Shown here piece after piece: positions 46,049 through 53,935 of a stretch of 64,000 bases of DNA. The stretch lies in IMG/VR virus record IMGVR_UViG_3300046314_000372, positions 2,349 through 66,348 of that record; one strand, written 5' to 3'. This stretch comes from a virus. The position numbers and the translations under genes are program-made. How positions within the stretch are numbered: position 1 is the first letter of the stretch; the number at the start of each line of letters is the position of its first letter. Under the pieces are notes generated by a model. That model searched no databases and had not been told where the DNA came from. It worked only from the letters and a program-made list of their open reading frames with translations.

Positions 46049-46136
46049 TGGCGGAACACGTAGGAATCGAACCTACTCACCCATTACTGAATGTCAGATT
46101 AGCAATCTGATGCCTTAACCGGTCGGCCAGTGTTCC
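46049..46136 (-). tRNA. tRNA-Ser (GCT), type II
   Basis: 88 nt; acceptor GGAACAC/GTGTTCC; anticodon stem CAGAT/ATCTG, loop TGCTAAT; long variable arm; T GTAGGTTCGATTCCTAC; CCA. Confidence 0.75.
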
Positions 46137-46141
46137 GTGTT

Positions 46142-46233
46142 TGGTAGCCCCACCGGGATTCGAACCCAGATGAACCAATTATCTGTTGCTTACGGGATAT
46201 AAATCCGCCGTTTTACCGTTAAACTATAGGGCC
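46142..46233 (-). tRNA. type-II-length tRNA, anticodon loop TTTATAT (TAT; Ile-AUA-reading?) - unusual
   Basis: 92 nt; acceptor GGCCCTA/TGGGGCT; D GTTT/AAAC; anticodon stem GCGGA/CCCGT (A.C at the closing pair); ~21-nt extra arm; T CTGGGTTCGAATCCCGG; CCA. Confidence 0.4.
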
Positions 46234-46308
46234 GTAAATACCATATTTGAACACACTAAAATACTTAGGCTGCAATAGGAGCCATTGTTCTAATAATATG
46301 CTCAAATA

Positions 46309-46383
46309 TGGTAGACGCACAGAGAATCGAACTCTGATTTGCTGGTTAAAAGCCAGCTACTTTAGCCGTTAAGTTATACGTCC
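46309..46383 (-). tRNA. tRNA-Lys (TTT)
   Basis: Acceptor GGACGTA/TGCGTCT; anticodon stem GCTGG/CCAGC (perfect), loop CTTTTAA; T CAGAGTTCGATTCTCTG; CCA. Confidence 0.75.
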
Positions 46384-46512
46384 ATATTGCGCTTCCATTC
46401 GCCACGAAGCTGCTTGTGGCTTTTTTTATGTGAACCACTGCCGCCACGCTTCATCAAAGCTAAGGCAACGTGATTCCGAGGTTTTCGTGTTTTCATAATA
46501 AACTCTAAAAGT

Positions 46513-46560
46513 TGGTGGCGGATTTACCTTTACGCCGGAGCTATCCAGCAACGCCAAGGC
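46513..46560 (-). pseudogene. 48-nt tRNA-like minihelix/remnant ending in ACCA
   Basis: Begins with the tRNA-Phe acceptor sequence GCCTTGG and ends ...CCGCC-A-CCA with a GGCG/CGCC stem; no full cloverleaf. Confidence 0.25.
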
Positions 46561-46570
46561 TTTAAACTAT

Positions 46571-46646
46571 TGGTGGAGAAGAAGAGACTCGAACTCTCAA
46601 CAGTCTGCTTGCAAAGCAGGTGCACTACCAGTTGTGCTACATCCCC
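46571..46646 (-). tRNA. tRNA-Ala (TGC)
   Basis: Acceptor GGGGATG/CTTCTCC with G3.U70; anticodon stem CTGC/GCAG, loop TTTGCAA; T GAGAGTTCGAGTCTCTT; CCA. Confidence 0.7.
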
Positions 46647-46652
46647 AAATTC

Positions 46653-46736
46653 TGGTGCGTCAAGAGAGACTCGAACTCTCAATCCTTGCGGCATTGGCTT
46701 CTAAGACCAACGTGTATACCATTCCACCACTGACGC
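46653..46736 (-). tRNA. tRNA-Leu (TAG), type II
   Basis: 84 nt; acceptor GCGTCAG/TTGACGC; anticodon stem TTGGT/GCCAA, loop CTTAGAA; variable arm; T GAGAGTTCGAGTCTCTC; CCA. Confidence 0.7.
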
Positions 46737-46744
46737 ATAATCAT

Positions 46745-46921
46745 ATTGTTATAGCTTTTGTTTACTACACACTCCGCTAAGAGCGTAACTTTAGCTTATC
46801 CTGTTCATGACGCAGGCCTGTACTAAAATTTAAACTATACCACAGTACCTTTCCGGATGTACTGCGTCTCAAGTTTGCAAGGTTCCAAACTGAATTGGGC
46901 ACTAGCAAAAGCTATAACAAT
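46745..46921. repeat. element bounded by a perfect 16-bp inverted repeat (ATTGTTATAGCTTTTG / CAAAAGCTATAACAAT) between tRNA-Leu and tRNA-Pro
   Basis: IR arms at 46745-46760 and 46906-46921; the 145-nt interior carries nested hairpins (GACGCAG/CTGCGTC, CAGTAC/GTACTG). Confidence 0.5.
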
Positions 46922-46922
46922 A

Positions 46923-46996
46923 TGGTCTCGATGGCAAGAATCGAACTTGCGCTTCATGCTCCCAAAGCACGGGTGATGCCATTTCACTACACCGAG
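46923..46996 (-). tRNA. tRNA-Pro (TGG)
   Basis: Acceptor CTCGGTG/CATCGAG; D GTGA-AATGGCA-TCAC; anticodon stem CGTGC/GCATG, loop TTTGGGA; T GCAAGTTCGATTCTTGC; CCA. Confidence 0.7.
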
Positions 46997-47238
46997 ATAA
47001 CACTTTTTAGAGTAGTGGGAAATCTTTCCGATATAAAGCTGTCGGTAAACGCAGGCTTAGAAATTAGTAGCTTTTTGATAGCTCAGAGCTGCTGATCTGA
47101 GGTTCCAACCAGTGCACGCGTTAGCCTTGTATCCACTGAAATGCAGTGTTCCACTAATTGGCTACTATAGCTCAGCATTGTTCTGGTCTATCTGTGAAGT
47201 TCTTTGTTAGTGTCGGAACTTCTACTGAATAAACATTA

Positions 47239-47267
47239 ATTATACAGTAAAACAACTCTATAATCAA
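47239..47267 (-). promoter_or_regulatory. sigma70-consensus promoter (minus strand)
   Basis: On the minus strand: AAATATTGACTTGATT-N17-TATAAT; transcription would enter a 240-nt ORF-free hairpin-rich leader and then tRNA-Pro. Confidence 0.45.
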
Positions 47268-47410
47268 GTCAATATTTTACAAGGGCCAAGATTGCAGATT
47301 TATGACCAACACCAAGTTCATCACGAACCAGCTTGATTGCTTCTGCATAGCCACCACCCTCAAATTGCCAGCAAGCTAACTTACAGTCTATTTTCGTAAA
47401 AATTCGCATG
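47264..47410 (-). CDS. small protein (48 aa; not in ORF track)
   Basis: ATG with AAGG RBS and its own promoter (47437..47465); translation MRIFTKIDCKLACWQFEGGGYAEAIKLVRDELGVGHKSAILALGKILT. Confidence 0.3.
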
Positions 47411-47436
47411 GTTGCCTTTGTTTGAAAGAATATGTA

Positions 47437-47465
47437 TTATACTCGTTTTGTAAAACAAAAACAAG
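47437..47465 (-). promoter_or_regulatory. sigma70-like promoter (minus strand) for the 48-aa ORF
   Basis: On the minus strand: TTGTTT-N17-TATAAT. Confidence 0.35.
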
Positions 47466-47659
47466 TATAAATTTTTAAAGCTATGGTCTGCGGGTTGCAA
47501 CACGCCCGTAGTTACGTACCTATTGCTACTGGATTCAGGCTGGTACCAGCCTGTCAAGTTCAGACCATATTTAAATAACCTGTTACTGCGACATAAGAAG
47601 GTGGACATTCACCGGAGCCACAGTCTCCCTACCGCTGGCCACGCCAGGTTACTTAAATA

Positions 47660-47734
47660 TGGTGGGACAGGCAGGTCTCGAACCTGCTTCTCTAAATATT
47701 CTACAACCCGGAAGCGTATATTGCAAATCAGCCC
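47660..47734 (-). pseudogene. tRNA-like element with intact T-arm and ACCA end but degenerate 5' half
   Basis: GCAGG-TTCGAGA-CCTGC, then CTGTCCC-A-CCA; 75 nt; acceptor 5/7 pairs; no convincing anticodon arm. Confidence 0.3.
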
Positions 47735-47837
47735 AGAGCTAGTCACATAGAACTCGCGTTGCGCGCGGTTAACACGGTGATCGTTGTCTGAAGGGTTGTA
47801 GTCCGGATTTGTGCTTTAACCATGTTAAGCTACCGTC

Positions 47838-47923
47838 CCATATAAAAGCACATTTAAACAGTCCATCAGCGCTAGTCGCTATCTCCCTTACTAGAGGGCG
47901 GTAAAGTATGTGCTTTTATATGG
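47838..47923. repeat. element bounded by a perfect 16-bp inverted repeat (CCATATAAAAGCACAT / ATGTGCTTTTATATGG)
   Basis: Arms at 47838-47853 and 47908-47923, 54-nt interior; adjacent CTCCC-TTGC-GGGAG hairpin. Confidence 0.45.
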
Positions 47924-47946
47924 TCTCCCTTGCGGGAGCCATACTT

Positions 47947-48249
47947 TTAAAAATCACTATAACCAACTGCACCAACGCAGCTTTTATAGTAGGCAAGTAT
48001 GCCTGACTTTGTTTTGGGAAATTCACCTGATTTTGCAGGCGGATTGGAGATTACTTCTCTCCAGGCATCAAGTTTGTTAGAAACTTTGGTAGTCGCCTTT
48101 TGGTATACACCCAGCTTTACCAGTTTCATACGCACACTTGCTACGCTTTTTGAATACTCAGTGGCTAGAACCTCCAGGCTCACGCCACTTTGATACTTTT
48201 GGACAATTTCTTGAACTTCGGTTTCTGTGTATGTGAACTTGACAGCCAT
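47947..48249 (-). CDS. small HTH-like protein (paralogue family member)
   Basis: 'SVASVRMKLVKLGVYQK' module. Confidence 0.3.
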   Translation of the reverse strand: MAVKFTYTETEVQEIVQKYQSGVSLEVLATEYSKSVASVRMKLVKLGVYQKATTKVSNKLDAWREVISNPPAKSGEFPKTKSGILAYYKSCVGAVGYSDF

Positions 48250-48290
48250 TATTTCCCTTTAAAGAACAAATTATACAGCATTAACCACGA

Positions 48291-48491
48291 TCATTCAAGA
48301 CTGTTTTTATAGACTCGAAGTGCTGTAGCATCTAAGCTAGCATAAGTACGAAAGCTATCGCGACCTACTCGATCATAAAGACCATTTGCCATTTGTTCTA
48401 GCCGTACAAGACTCTCGATTGAAATCAAGGTACATTTTATGTAACGGCTCATGAAGGCATCAATTAAAAAGTCGCGTGAATAGCCTGCCAT
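48291..48491 (-). CDS. hypothetical protein
   Basis: ORF only. Confidence 0.25.
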   Translation of the reverse strand: MAGYSRDFLIDAFMSRYIKCTLISIESLVRLEQMANGLYDRVGRDSFRTYASLDATALRVYKNSLE

Positions 48492-48518
48492 AATATCTCC
48501 AAATCAGCCTATATTATA

Positions 48519-48848
48519 TCAACAAATAGTGGCTTCGTCAAATGTTAAAATTCGTATGTGAGTATTGCCACGCTCGTCAGCTTGTTTTAGCCATTTTGAT
48601 AGTACGTCTTGCATTAGTGAACTCATGTGATAGTTGTTGGGATGACAGCGGTAAGTACTACCACTATACCCATCAAACTCATACCAACCCTCTACTTGAC
48701 GAATTTCAGTAATACCCGAATTCAATTTCCAGGTATTGCTTCCTGCAAAACCACCATACCAGCCACCAAATAGCTTACGCATTGGTTTTTCTAGTTGAGG
48801 TGCATCAAATTCTAGGACTACCCAAACATCTGGTGTGTATTCACTCAT
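48519..48848 (-). CDS. hypothetical protein
   Basis: ORF only. Confidence 0.3.
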   Translation of the reverse strand: MSEYTPDVWVVLEFDAPQLEKPMRKLFGGWYGGFAGSNTWKLNSGITEIRQVEGWYEFDGYSGSTYRCHPNNYHMSSLMQDVLSKWLKQADERGNTHIRILTFDEATIC

Positions 48849-49072
48849 TTGTTAACTCCAAAATGTTCTAGGACGACACGGTCAGCGGAGAGCCAAGTGT
48901 GCCCGTCTTTTGTAATCTGTGTGCTAGACACTAGGCTGGCAGCTTCACGAACAATAAGTTCAGCAAACTCTTTCATGACGTCGTCTAGCTGAACGCGGTT
49001 TAGGCTATGCCAGGTATATGGCACCTGTTTGTCTAGTGCTTTGCCCAGAAGTTCGTTTGCTATGTTGTTCAT
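48845..49072 (-). CDS. hypothetical protein
   Basis: ORF only. Confidence 0.25.
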   Translation of the reverse strand: MNNIANELLGKALDKQVPYTWHSLNRVQLDDVMKEFAELIVREAASLVSSTQITKDGHTWLSADRVVLEHFGVNK

Positions 49073-49073
49073 A

Positions 49074-49241
49074 TTAGTCGTCCAAATCAGGTGCAGTAGT
49101 TTCTATATCTCGTTCTGTAAAAACGTAGCAATCGCCCTTGTATGAGGCTTCCAAGTCTTCTAAAGCAACTCCTTGGTATACTCCTACAATGCAGTCCCAA
49201 CCAAGTTCAGTTGAAGTTACTACAATGACTGTTTTGTTCAT
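49074..49241 (-). CDS. small protein (55 aa; not in ORF track)
   Basis: ATG with GGAGAAA RBS, and promoter TTGAAC-N17-TATAAT at 49265..49293. Confidence 0.35.
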   Translation of the reverse strand: MNKTVIVVTSTELGWDCIVGVYQGVALEDLEASYKGDCYVFTERDIETTAPDLDD

Positions 49242-49264
49242 ATTATTTCTCCAAATCAGCCTAT

Positions 49265-49293
49265 ATTATAAGCTGATTTAAACAAATGTTCAA
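49265..49293 (-). promoter_or_regulatory. sigma70-consensus promoter (minus strand)
   Basis: On the minus strand: TTGAAC-N17-TATAAT; the same 5' leader (TCTCCAAATCAGCCTATATTATA) recurs at 48497. Confidence 0.4.
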
Positions 49294-49303
49294 GTTTGAA
49301 ATT

Positions 49304-49380
49304 TGGCCCGTCTGGCAGGAATCGAACCCACATCTCAGGGTGTAGAAGACCCTTGTCTTATCCGTTAGACCACAGACGGT
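49304..49380 (-). tRNA. tRNA-Arg (TCT)
   Basis: Acceptor CCGTCTG/CAGACGG (perfect); anticodon stem AGGGT/ACCCT, loop CTTCTAC; T GTGGGTTCGATTCCTGC; CCA. Confidence 0.75.
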
Positions 49381-49385
49381 TATTG

Positions 49386-49868
49386 TTACATTGTTTTGGT
49401 TACTGGCCCGTATACGTCAAACAGCTCAGTTTCAAAGTGTTTGATCAAACCACGTTCCCTGTATTCGTAGTTGTCTGGAATATCCAAAACAATCTGCTTG
49501 CGCTCAATTTGTTCCAGCAGTTCACGATGGCCAAGGAAGTTATCTTCTAGCTGCCACAGGTTTTCACGATTAACAAACACAATCTTTTCAGCCCAGTTGA
49601 TTAGATTAGCCGAGCATGGGATTAGTGCGTAGTTAAAGTTTGAGCCACAACTGCGAGCATTAATACCGCGCTCAATGGCTAGACTGGCACCGGTTGGGCT
49701 ACGCAGGAGGCCAGCACTACACACAAAAAGCCAACGAGGAGCTTGACCTTGGTATTGGTTAGCATAAGGTGCGCTAGTTTTAAAGATTGAGTCATTTTTT
49801 GTACCTTGGGCAAATGGTTGAGTATTAGGCATTTTGTTTTGATTTAAGTAGCTGTTGGAATAAGGCAT
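49386..49868 (-). CDS. CX5R phosphatase-like protein (LMW-PTP/arsenate-reductase-like P-loop)
   Basis: 'FVCSAGLLRSP' CX5R(S) loop. Confidence 0.3.
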   Translation of the reverse strand: MPYSNSYLNQNKMPNTQPFAQGTKNDSIFKTSAPYANQYQGQAPRWLFVCSAGLLRSPTGASLAIERGINARSCGSNFNYALIPCSANLINWAEKIVFVNRENLWQLEDNFLGHRELLEQIERKQIVLDIPDNYEYRERGLIKHFETELFDVYGPVTKTM

Positions 49869-50866
49869 CGCTTTACAAGTTTAGTGCTTGCCAAGTTTTT
49901 TTGTTTTGATTCACACATTATATCAGCGTAAGTACTAAATGTCAAGGCCCAGTCATTTACTGCTGAATTCCAGTAGTAGTCACTATGAGCACGAAGTTTA
50001 GCACTTGTAAAACCACTGGACTTGAGTTGCCGGAAGTCAGGACGCACTGTTGTGTCGTGGTCAACAAGCACATCTTCGCGGCTGACACTATAGTGAATTA
50101 CTGGACGTACACCGCGCCACGAGTCACACACCTGCTTGAATTTAGGGTCAGTGGGTTCAATGTATTCGCCACTATTAATCCAGTGATGATGAATGTCAAG
50201 AACTAAGGCACAAGTGTCGACTAGCTCTAAGCTGGCATCAAGACCCCAGGTAAACTCGGCATTTTCGATTGTTAGGGTGTTGCGCGCTTCGGGACTAAGA
50301 CGACGCATAGCGGCTTTGATACCATCCGGGCCTAGCTTACCACCCACGTGCACATTGCATTTGAAGTCTTGAAATTGACGGCCGTAGCCCATGTAACGAA
50401 TCAAGTCTGCATGATACTCGAACTCCATAATGGAATTTTCAACAACACCAGGATTTTCTGATGCAAGCACACAGAACTGACCTGGGTGAAAGCTGAGTCG
50501 AATGTCGTTGGCACGAGCAAACTCGCCGCACAGGTTCAGGTGAGCTTCGAGCTTCGCAATAACATCAGGCTGGAAGTAAAACGGCATATAATCTTCATGA
50601 GTATATGCGGGCAACAAGTCTGATGTAATACGAAACATACGCTGATTATGCGGCTGTTTGGCAACCCATTTTAGCTGGCGATAGAACGCATTAAGATTGT
50701 GGTCAAGCAAACCCCACAGCTTGGCACGAGCAGCGTCAGGAGTTTGACGCTGCAAGTACGTGATAGTTGTGGACTTAGTGTTCAAGTCAGCATCGGCCTT
50801 GTCATGGTCAGATTGAATCTTGCAGGCAAAGCCAATGCGATTGATAGTGTGATTAAAATATGTCAT
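49844..50866 (-). CDS. uvdE: UV-damage endonuclease UvdE-like
   Basis: Blocks 'RIGFAC', 'MFRITSDLLPAYTH', 'IRLSFHPGQF', 'CNVHVGG', 'LTIENAEFT', 'LVLDIHHH' parallel UvdE. Track start (50872) is a GTG; the ATG at 50866 lies ~7 nt after the -10, which implies a leaderless mRNA. Confidence 0.55.
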   Translation of the reverse strand: MTYFNHTINRIGFACKIQSDHDKADADLNTKSTTITYLQRQTPDAARAKLWGLLDHNLNAFYRQLKWVAKQPHNQRMFRITSDLLPAYTHEDYMPFYFQPDVIAKLEAHLNLCGEFARANDIRLSFHPGQFCVLASENPGVVENSIMEFEYHADLIRYMGYGRQFQDFKCNVHVGGKLGPDGIKAAMRRLSPEARNTLTIENAEFTWGLDASLELVDTCALVLDIHHHWINSGEYIEPTDPKFKQVCDSWRGVRPVIHYSVSREDVLVDHDTTVRPDFRQLKSSGFTSAKLRAHSDYYWNSAVNDWALTFSTYADIMCESKQKNLASTKLVKRCLIPTAT

Positions 50867-50873
50867 AGCCACA

Positions 50874-50902
50874 ATTATATCAAAACTAAATCACAAAATC
50901 AA
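50874..50902 (-). promoter_or_regulatory. sigma70-consensus promoter (minus strand) for uvdE-like gene
   Basis: On the minus strand: TTGATT-N17-TATAAT. Confidence 0.4.
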
Positions 50903-50910
50903 ATTAATAT

Positions 50911-51144
50911 TTATCGACCCACTAAACCAAAGCAGATTCTGCAAACCGGAAACTCATCTGAGTCAGTTTTATGATCGCTGCCCCAAATTCCACAGTGTGA
51001 ACATTCTTTGCAGTATTCTTCTAGTAGGTAGTCATCAATGTTTTCAATATCAATGCCAGCGTCGTGGCATGCTTCTGTGAGAGTTTTTCTAGTACCTGAG
51101 AGCTTTTTAGTTAAGCGCTTGTACATCTGGTTTATATCGGTCAT
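50911..51144 (-). CDS. small Zn-finger protein
   Basis: 'CKECSHC...CRIC'. Confidence 0.25.
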   Translation of the reverse strand: MTDINQMYKRLTKKLSGTRKTLTEACHDAGIDIENIDDYLLEEYCKECSHCGIWGSDHKTDSDEFPVCRICFGLVGR

Positions 51145-51712
51145 CTAGGTGTTGGTGGGTTTTCTCAAATTCAAGAAGGAACATAATACAGCAAGCTGCA
51201 TGAGCTAAGTGGCTCAGGCCTGATTCAGGGTCAGTATCTTCACCTGCGTTAAATGCTGTAATGTGTCGCATTGCTGCGGCTAAGGGTCGGCTCCATGCAA
51301 AGCCTTTGCGCCAGTTGTGTTCTGCGTACTTGATAGCACCGAACTTCAATACTGCCGCAGTTTGATTCATTGCTTCAGTTGAAAGCAAGTGTAGTGGTAG
51401 TTTGTCTGTGTCAAATTTTAGTGCAGTGCCAGCAGCTTTGTGAATCTCGTCTATTTTCTTTGCACTACGGTAACTTATATCAGCCGCCATTGCTTTGATT
51501 TGTTCAGGTGTTGGATAGCCATCATCTGTTGGATATTGTGCTGCTCTATCAGCATCTGTGGGGAATTCCCCAAATACTGTTTGATGTTCTAGTGTGGCAA
51601 TAATTTCTTCTGTTTTAGGCATTGTGTTAGCTTTATATCGGGCAATTTGACTTGGCCCAGGTTTATAGTTTCGGTGAATATTCATTATAGGCGATTTAGC
51701 TACTTTTGTCAA
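51107..51712 (-). CDS. hypothetical protein
   Basis: ORF only. Confidence 0.3.
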   Translation of the reverse strand: MTKVAKSPIMNIHRNYKPGPSQIARYKANTMPKTEEIIATLEHQTVFGEFPTDADRAAQYPTDDGYPTPEQIKAMAADISYRSAKKIDEIHKAAGTALKFDTDKLPLHLLSTEAMNQTAAVLKFGAIKYAEHNWRKGFAWSRPLAAAMRHITAFNAGEDTDPESGLSHLAHAACCIMFLLEFEKTHQHLDDRYKPDVQALN

Positions 51713-51963
51713 CTCTGGGTTTTACCAAGCTGCATAGCTTTGGGCTATTTAGTTCAATGTCTACTTCAGGCTTTAAATAGTTTTGTCTGCAATACTCTAA
51801 ATAAGAGTAATAAGCATGTCTGTTAATGTATTCGCTAAATGTCATAAAACACCTATAATATTCGATTAGTTATTATAGCACCCAAGTACTATATCGTCAA
51901 GGCTAAAAATTTTCGAGGTTTGGCGCCGCCATATTAAAATTTTGACTTGTCGAAGAGCCCTGC

Positions 51964-52269
51964 TTGAGTTATAATGTAACTTCGACTATAAATTTAAAAG
52001 AAATTATGGATATTAATCTGCTGGTACAGCGTTTAAAGCACGGAGATAGTTATACCGTACAAGATGGGGATAATGACCCTTATCAGGTAAATAATCCGCC
52101 CAATAGCTTGATGATTAAAGCTGCTAATGTTATTGTACACCTAGATCATGAGCTAAAACAAGTTGTTGAGATTAGCAACAACCTACAACGTCAGTTAAAT
52201 GAAATTGCCCAACAATATGAAGCGCTTCGAAATTCTAGTTCTACTCCAGCACCTAGCAGAGAAACTTGA
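51964..52269 (+). CDS. hypothetical protein
   Basis: First ORF after the divergent promoter region. Confidence 0.25.
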   Translation: MSYNVTSTINLKEIMDINLLVQRLKHGDSYTVQDGDNDPYQVNNPPNSLMIKAANVIVHLDHELKQVVEISNNLQRQLNEIAQQYEALRNSSSTPAPSRET

Positions 52270-52328
52270 TAGTAATCAAGGTACTATTCTAGAACAACAG
52301 AGTTTCGATTGCATAATGGAGATCTTAA

Positions 52329-52790
52329 ATGAAGACATTAAAACTCGGACTACTAACAATTGTGCTGCTAATGAGTACAGGCTTAGGAACGGCTTTAGTG
52401 CCACAAACCAAAGTACACACTGCTAAACTCAAGGACATTGAGTGTTTAGCACGAAACGTCTACCATGAAGCCCGAGGTGAATCACTTAAGGGTCAGATAG
52501 CAGTTGCACAAGTCACAGTAAATCGCGTAGAATCTGGAGAGTTTCAGTCTAGCGTATGCAAGGCTGTGTACGCAGATCGTCAGTTTTCGTGGACATTAGA
52601 CAAATCAAAAAAGATCAAGGATCGTAAAGCCTGGGAAGCATCTGTTGCAGTTGCTACAGCTGTGTTAACCAAATCTATACACTTGCCAGACTTTAAAGCC
52701 CTTTACTTTCACACCAAACAAGTTAAGCCTCGTTGGAATCGTGGTAAACGTATTGTAGCTGTGATTGGAAACCACATTTTTTACAGTTGA
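52329..52790 (+). CDS. SleB-like cell-wall hydrolase (secreted)
   Basis: Signal peptide plus 'CLARNVYHEARGES' / 'GQIAVAQVTVNRV' hydrolase motifs. Confidence 0.5.
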   Translation: MKTLKLGLLTIVLLMSTGLGTALVPQTKVHTAKLKDIECLARNVYHEARGESLKGQIAVAQVTVNRVESGEFQSSVCKAVYADRQFSWTLDKSKKIKDRKAWEASVAVATAVLTKSIHLPDFKALYFHTKQVKPRWNRGKRIVAVIGNHIFYS

Positions 52791-52834
52791 ATTCCTTAGC
52801 TCAATCTGTTATAATAAAGGCTTAAGGAACAAAT

Positions 52835-53596
52835 ATGAAGATCAGACTCTTATCAGACTTACACACAGAATTCAGACTTCCCTACAAAACTCAGAGTTTT
52901 GCTGAATATCGCGGCGAAGACGTGCTTGTGCTTGCTGGCGACATTGCCAGCGGCTCAAGCAACACCATGGACGTAATCAAATTCTTTCGTGACCAGGGTT
53001 TTCCACAAATCGTTTATGTGCCAGGTAATCACGAGTACTATGGTACTAGCATTGAAGATTTCAATGATAAGATGATTAAAAAGAGCTGTAACTTTGATAA
53101 TGTTCACTACCTGAACCGTAACTCAGTTGAAATTAACGGAGTCGTATTTATTGGAGCTACTCTTTGGACTAACTTTCGTGATGATTGGTTTGCAGAACAA
53201 GTAGCTAAACGTGGTATTGCTGATTTCAAATATATCAAAGGTTTTACTACTAGCCACGCTAAGCAAAGGTTTAGTGATGACTTGGATTTTATTAGCAAAG
53301 AAACATTCAACAACCAAGATAAGCATTGCGTTGTTGTAACTCACTTTTTACCTACTGACAGCTGCGTTGCTGAACGCTTTCGTGACGCTAGATTCAGTGA
53401 CTTAAACCCTTATTTTGCTAACGATCTGGCCAAAAAGATTGAAACATTCAAAGATGTTACTTGGCTTTTTGGGCATACACACGACGCCGTAGATGCTGTG
53501 TGCGGTTCTACACGTTTAGTGTGCAACCCACACGGCTACTATAACGCCCTAAACGACGGCGTTGGCTTTGACCCTTTTAAGACCGTTGAAGTATGA
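52835..53596 (+). CDS. calcineurin-like metallophosphoesterase
   Basis: 'DLHTEF', 'GDIASG', 'GNHEYYG', 'GHTHD'. Confidence 0.5.
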   Translation: MKIRLLSDLHTEFRLPYKTQSFAEYRGEDVLVLAGDIASGSSNTMDVIKFFRDQGFPQIVYVPGNHEYYGTSIEDFNDKMIKKSCNFDNVHYLNRNSVEINGVVFIGATLWTNFRDDWFAEQVAKRGIADFKYIKGFTTSHAKQRFSDDLDFISKETFNNQDKHCVVVTHFLPTDSCVAERFRDARFSDLNPYFANDLAKKIETFKDVTWLFGHTHDAVDAVCGSTRLVCNPHGYYNALNDGVGFDPFKTVEV

Positions 53597-53632
53597 ACTC
53601 AGTATACCTAAACATGTTACTGCTTGGATTAA

Positions 53633-53935
53633 TTGGCAATCGTGACTTGGCTAAACTGTGGTGGGATGTACCTAATCGTGCTTTTGCTATGCAGTGTCCA
53701 CGCGATGTACCTGAAGACAAAGTCAAGGATTATCTTGAAGGTCATTGCTATGGCTAATCTCAGCTACCAACAACTGCGAGAAACTTGCTTGCTTGTAGGA
53801 TACAACTATAAGCTTGCTGCCAAGCATGGTTTATGGGTTGAACACTATGTAGGCCCAACACACGAGTACTTTGCCCTGTTCACAGAAACGTCACAGTCAC
53901 AATTACCACTAACTATTATACCACATGAACTTTAA
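53633..53935 (+). CDS. hypothetical protein
   Basis: ORF only. Confidence 0.25.
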   Translation: MAIVTWLNCGGMYLIVLLLCSVHAMYLKTKSRIILKVIAMANLSYQQLRETCLLVGYNYKLAAKHGLWVEHYVGPTHEYFALFTETSQSQLPLTIIPHEL

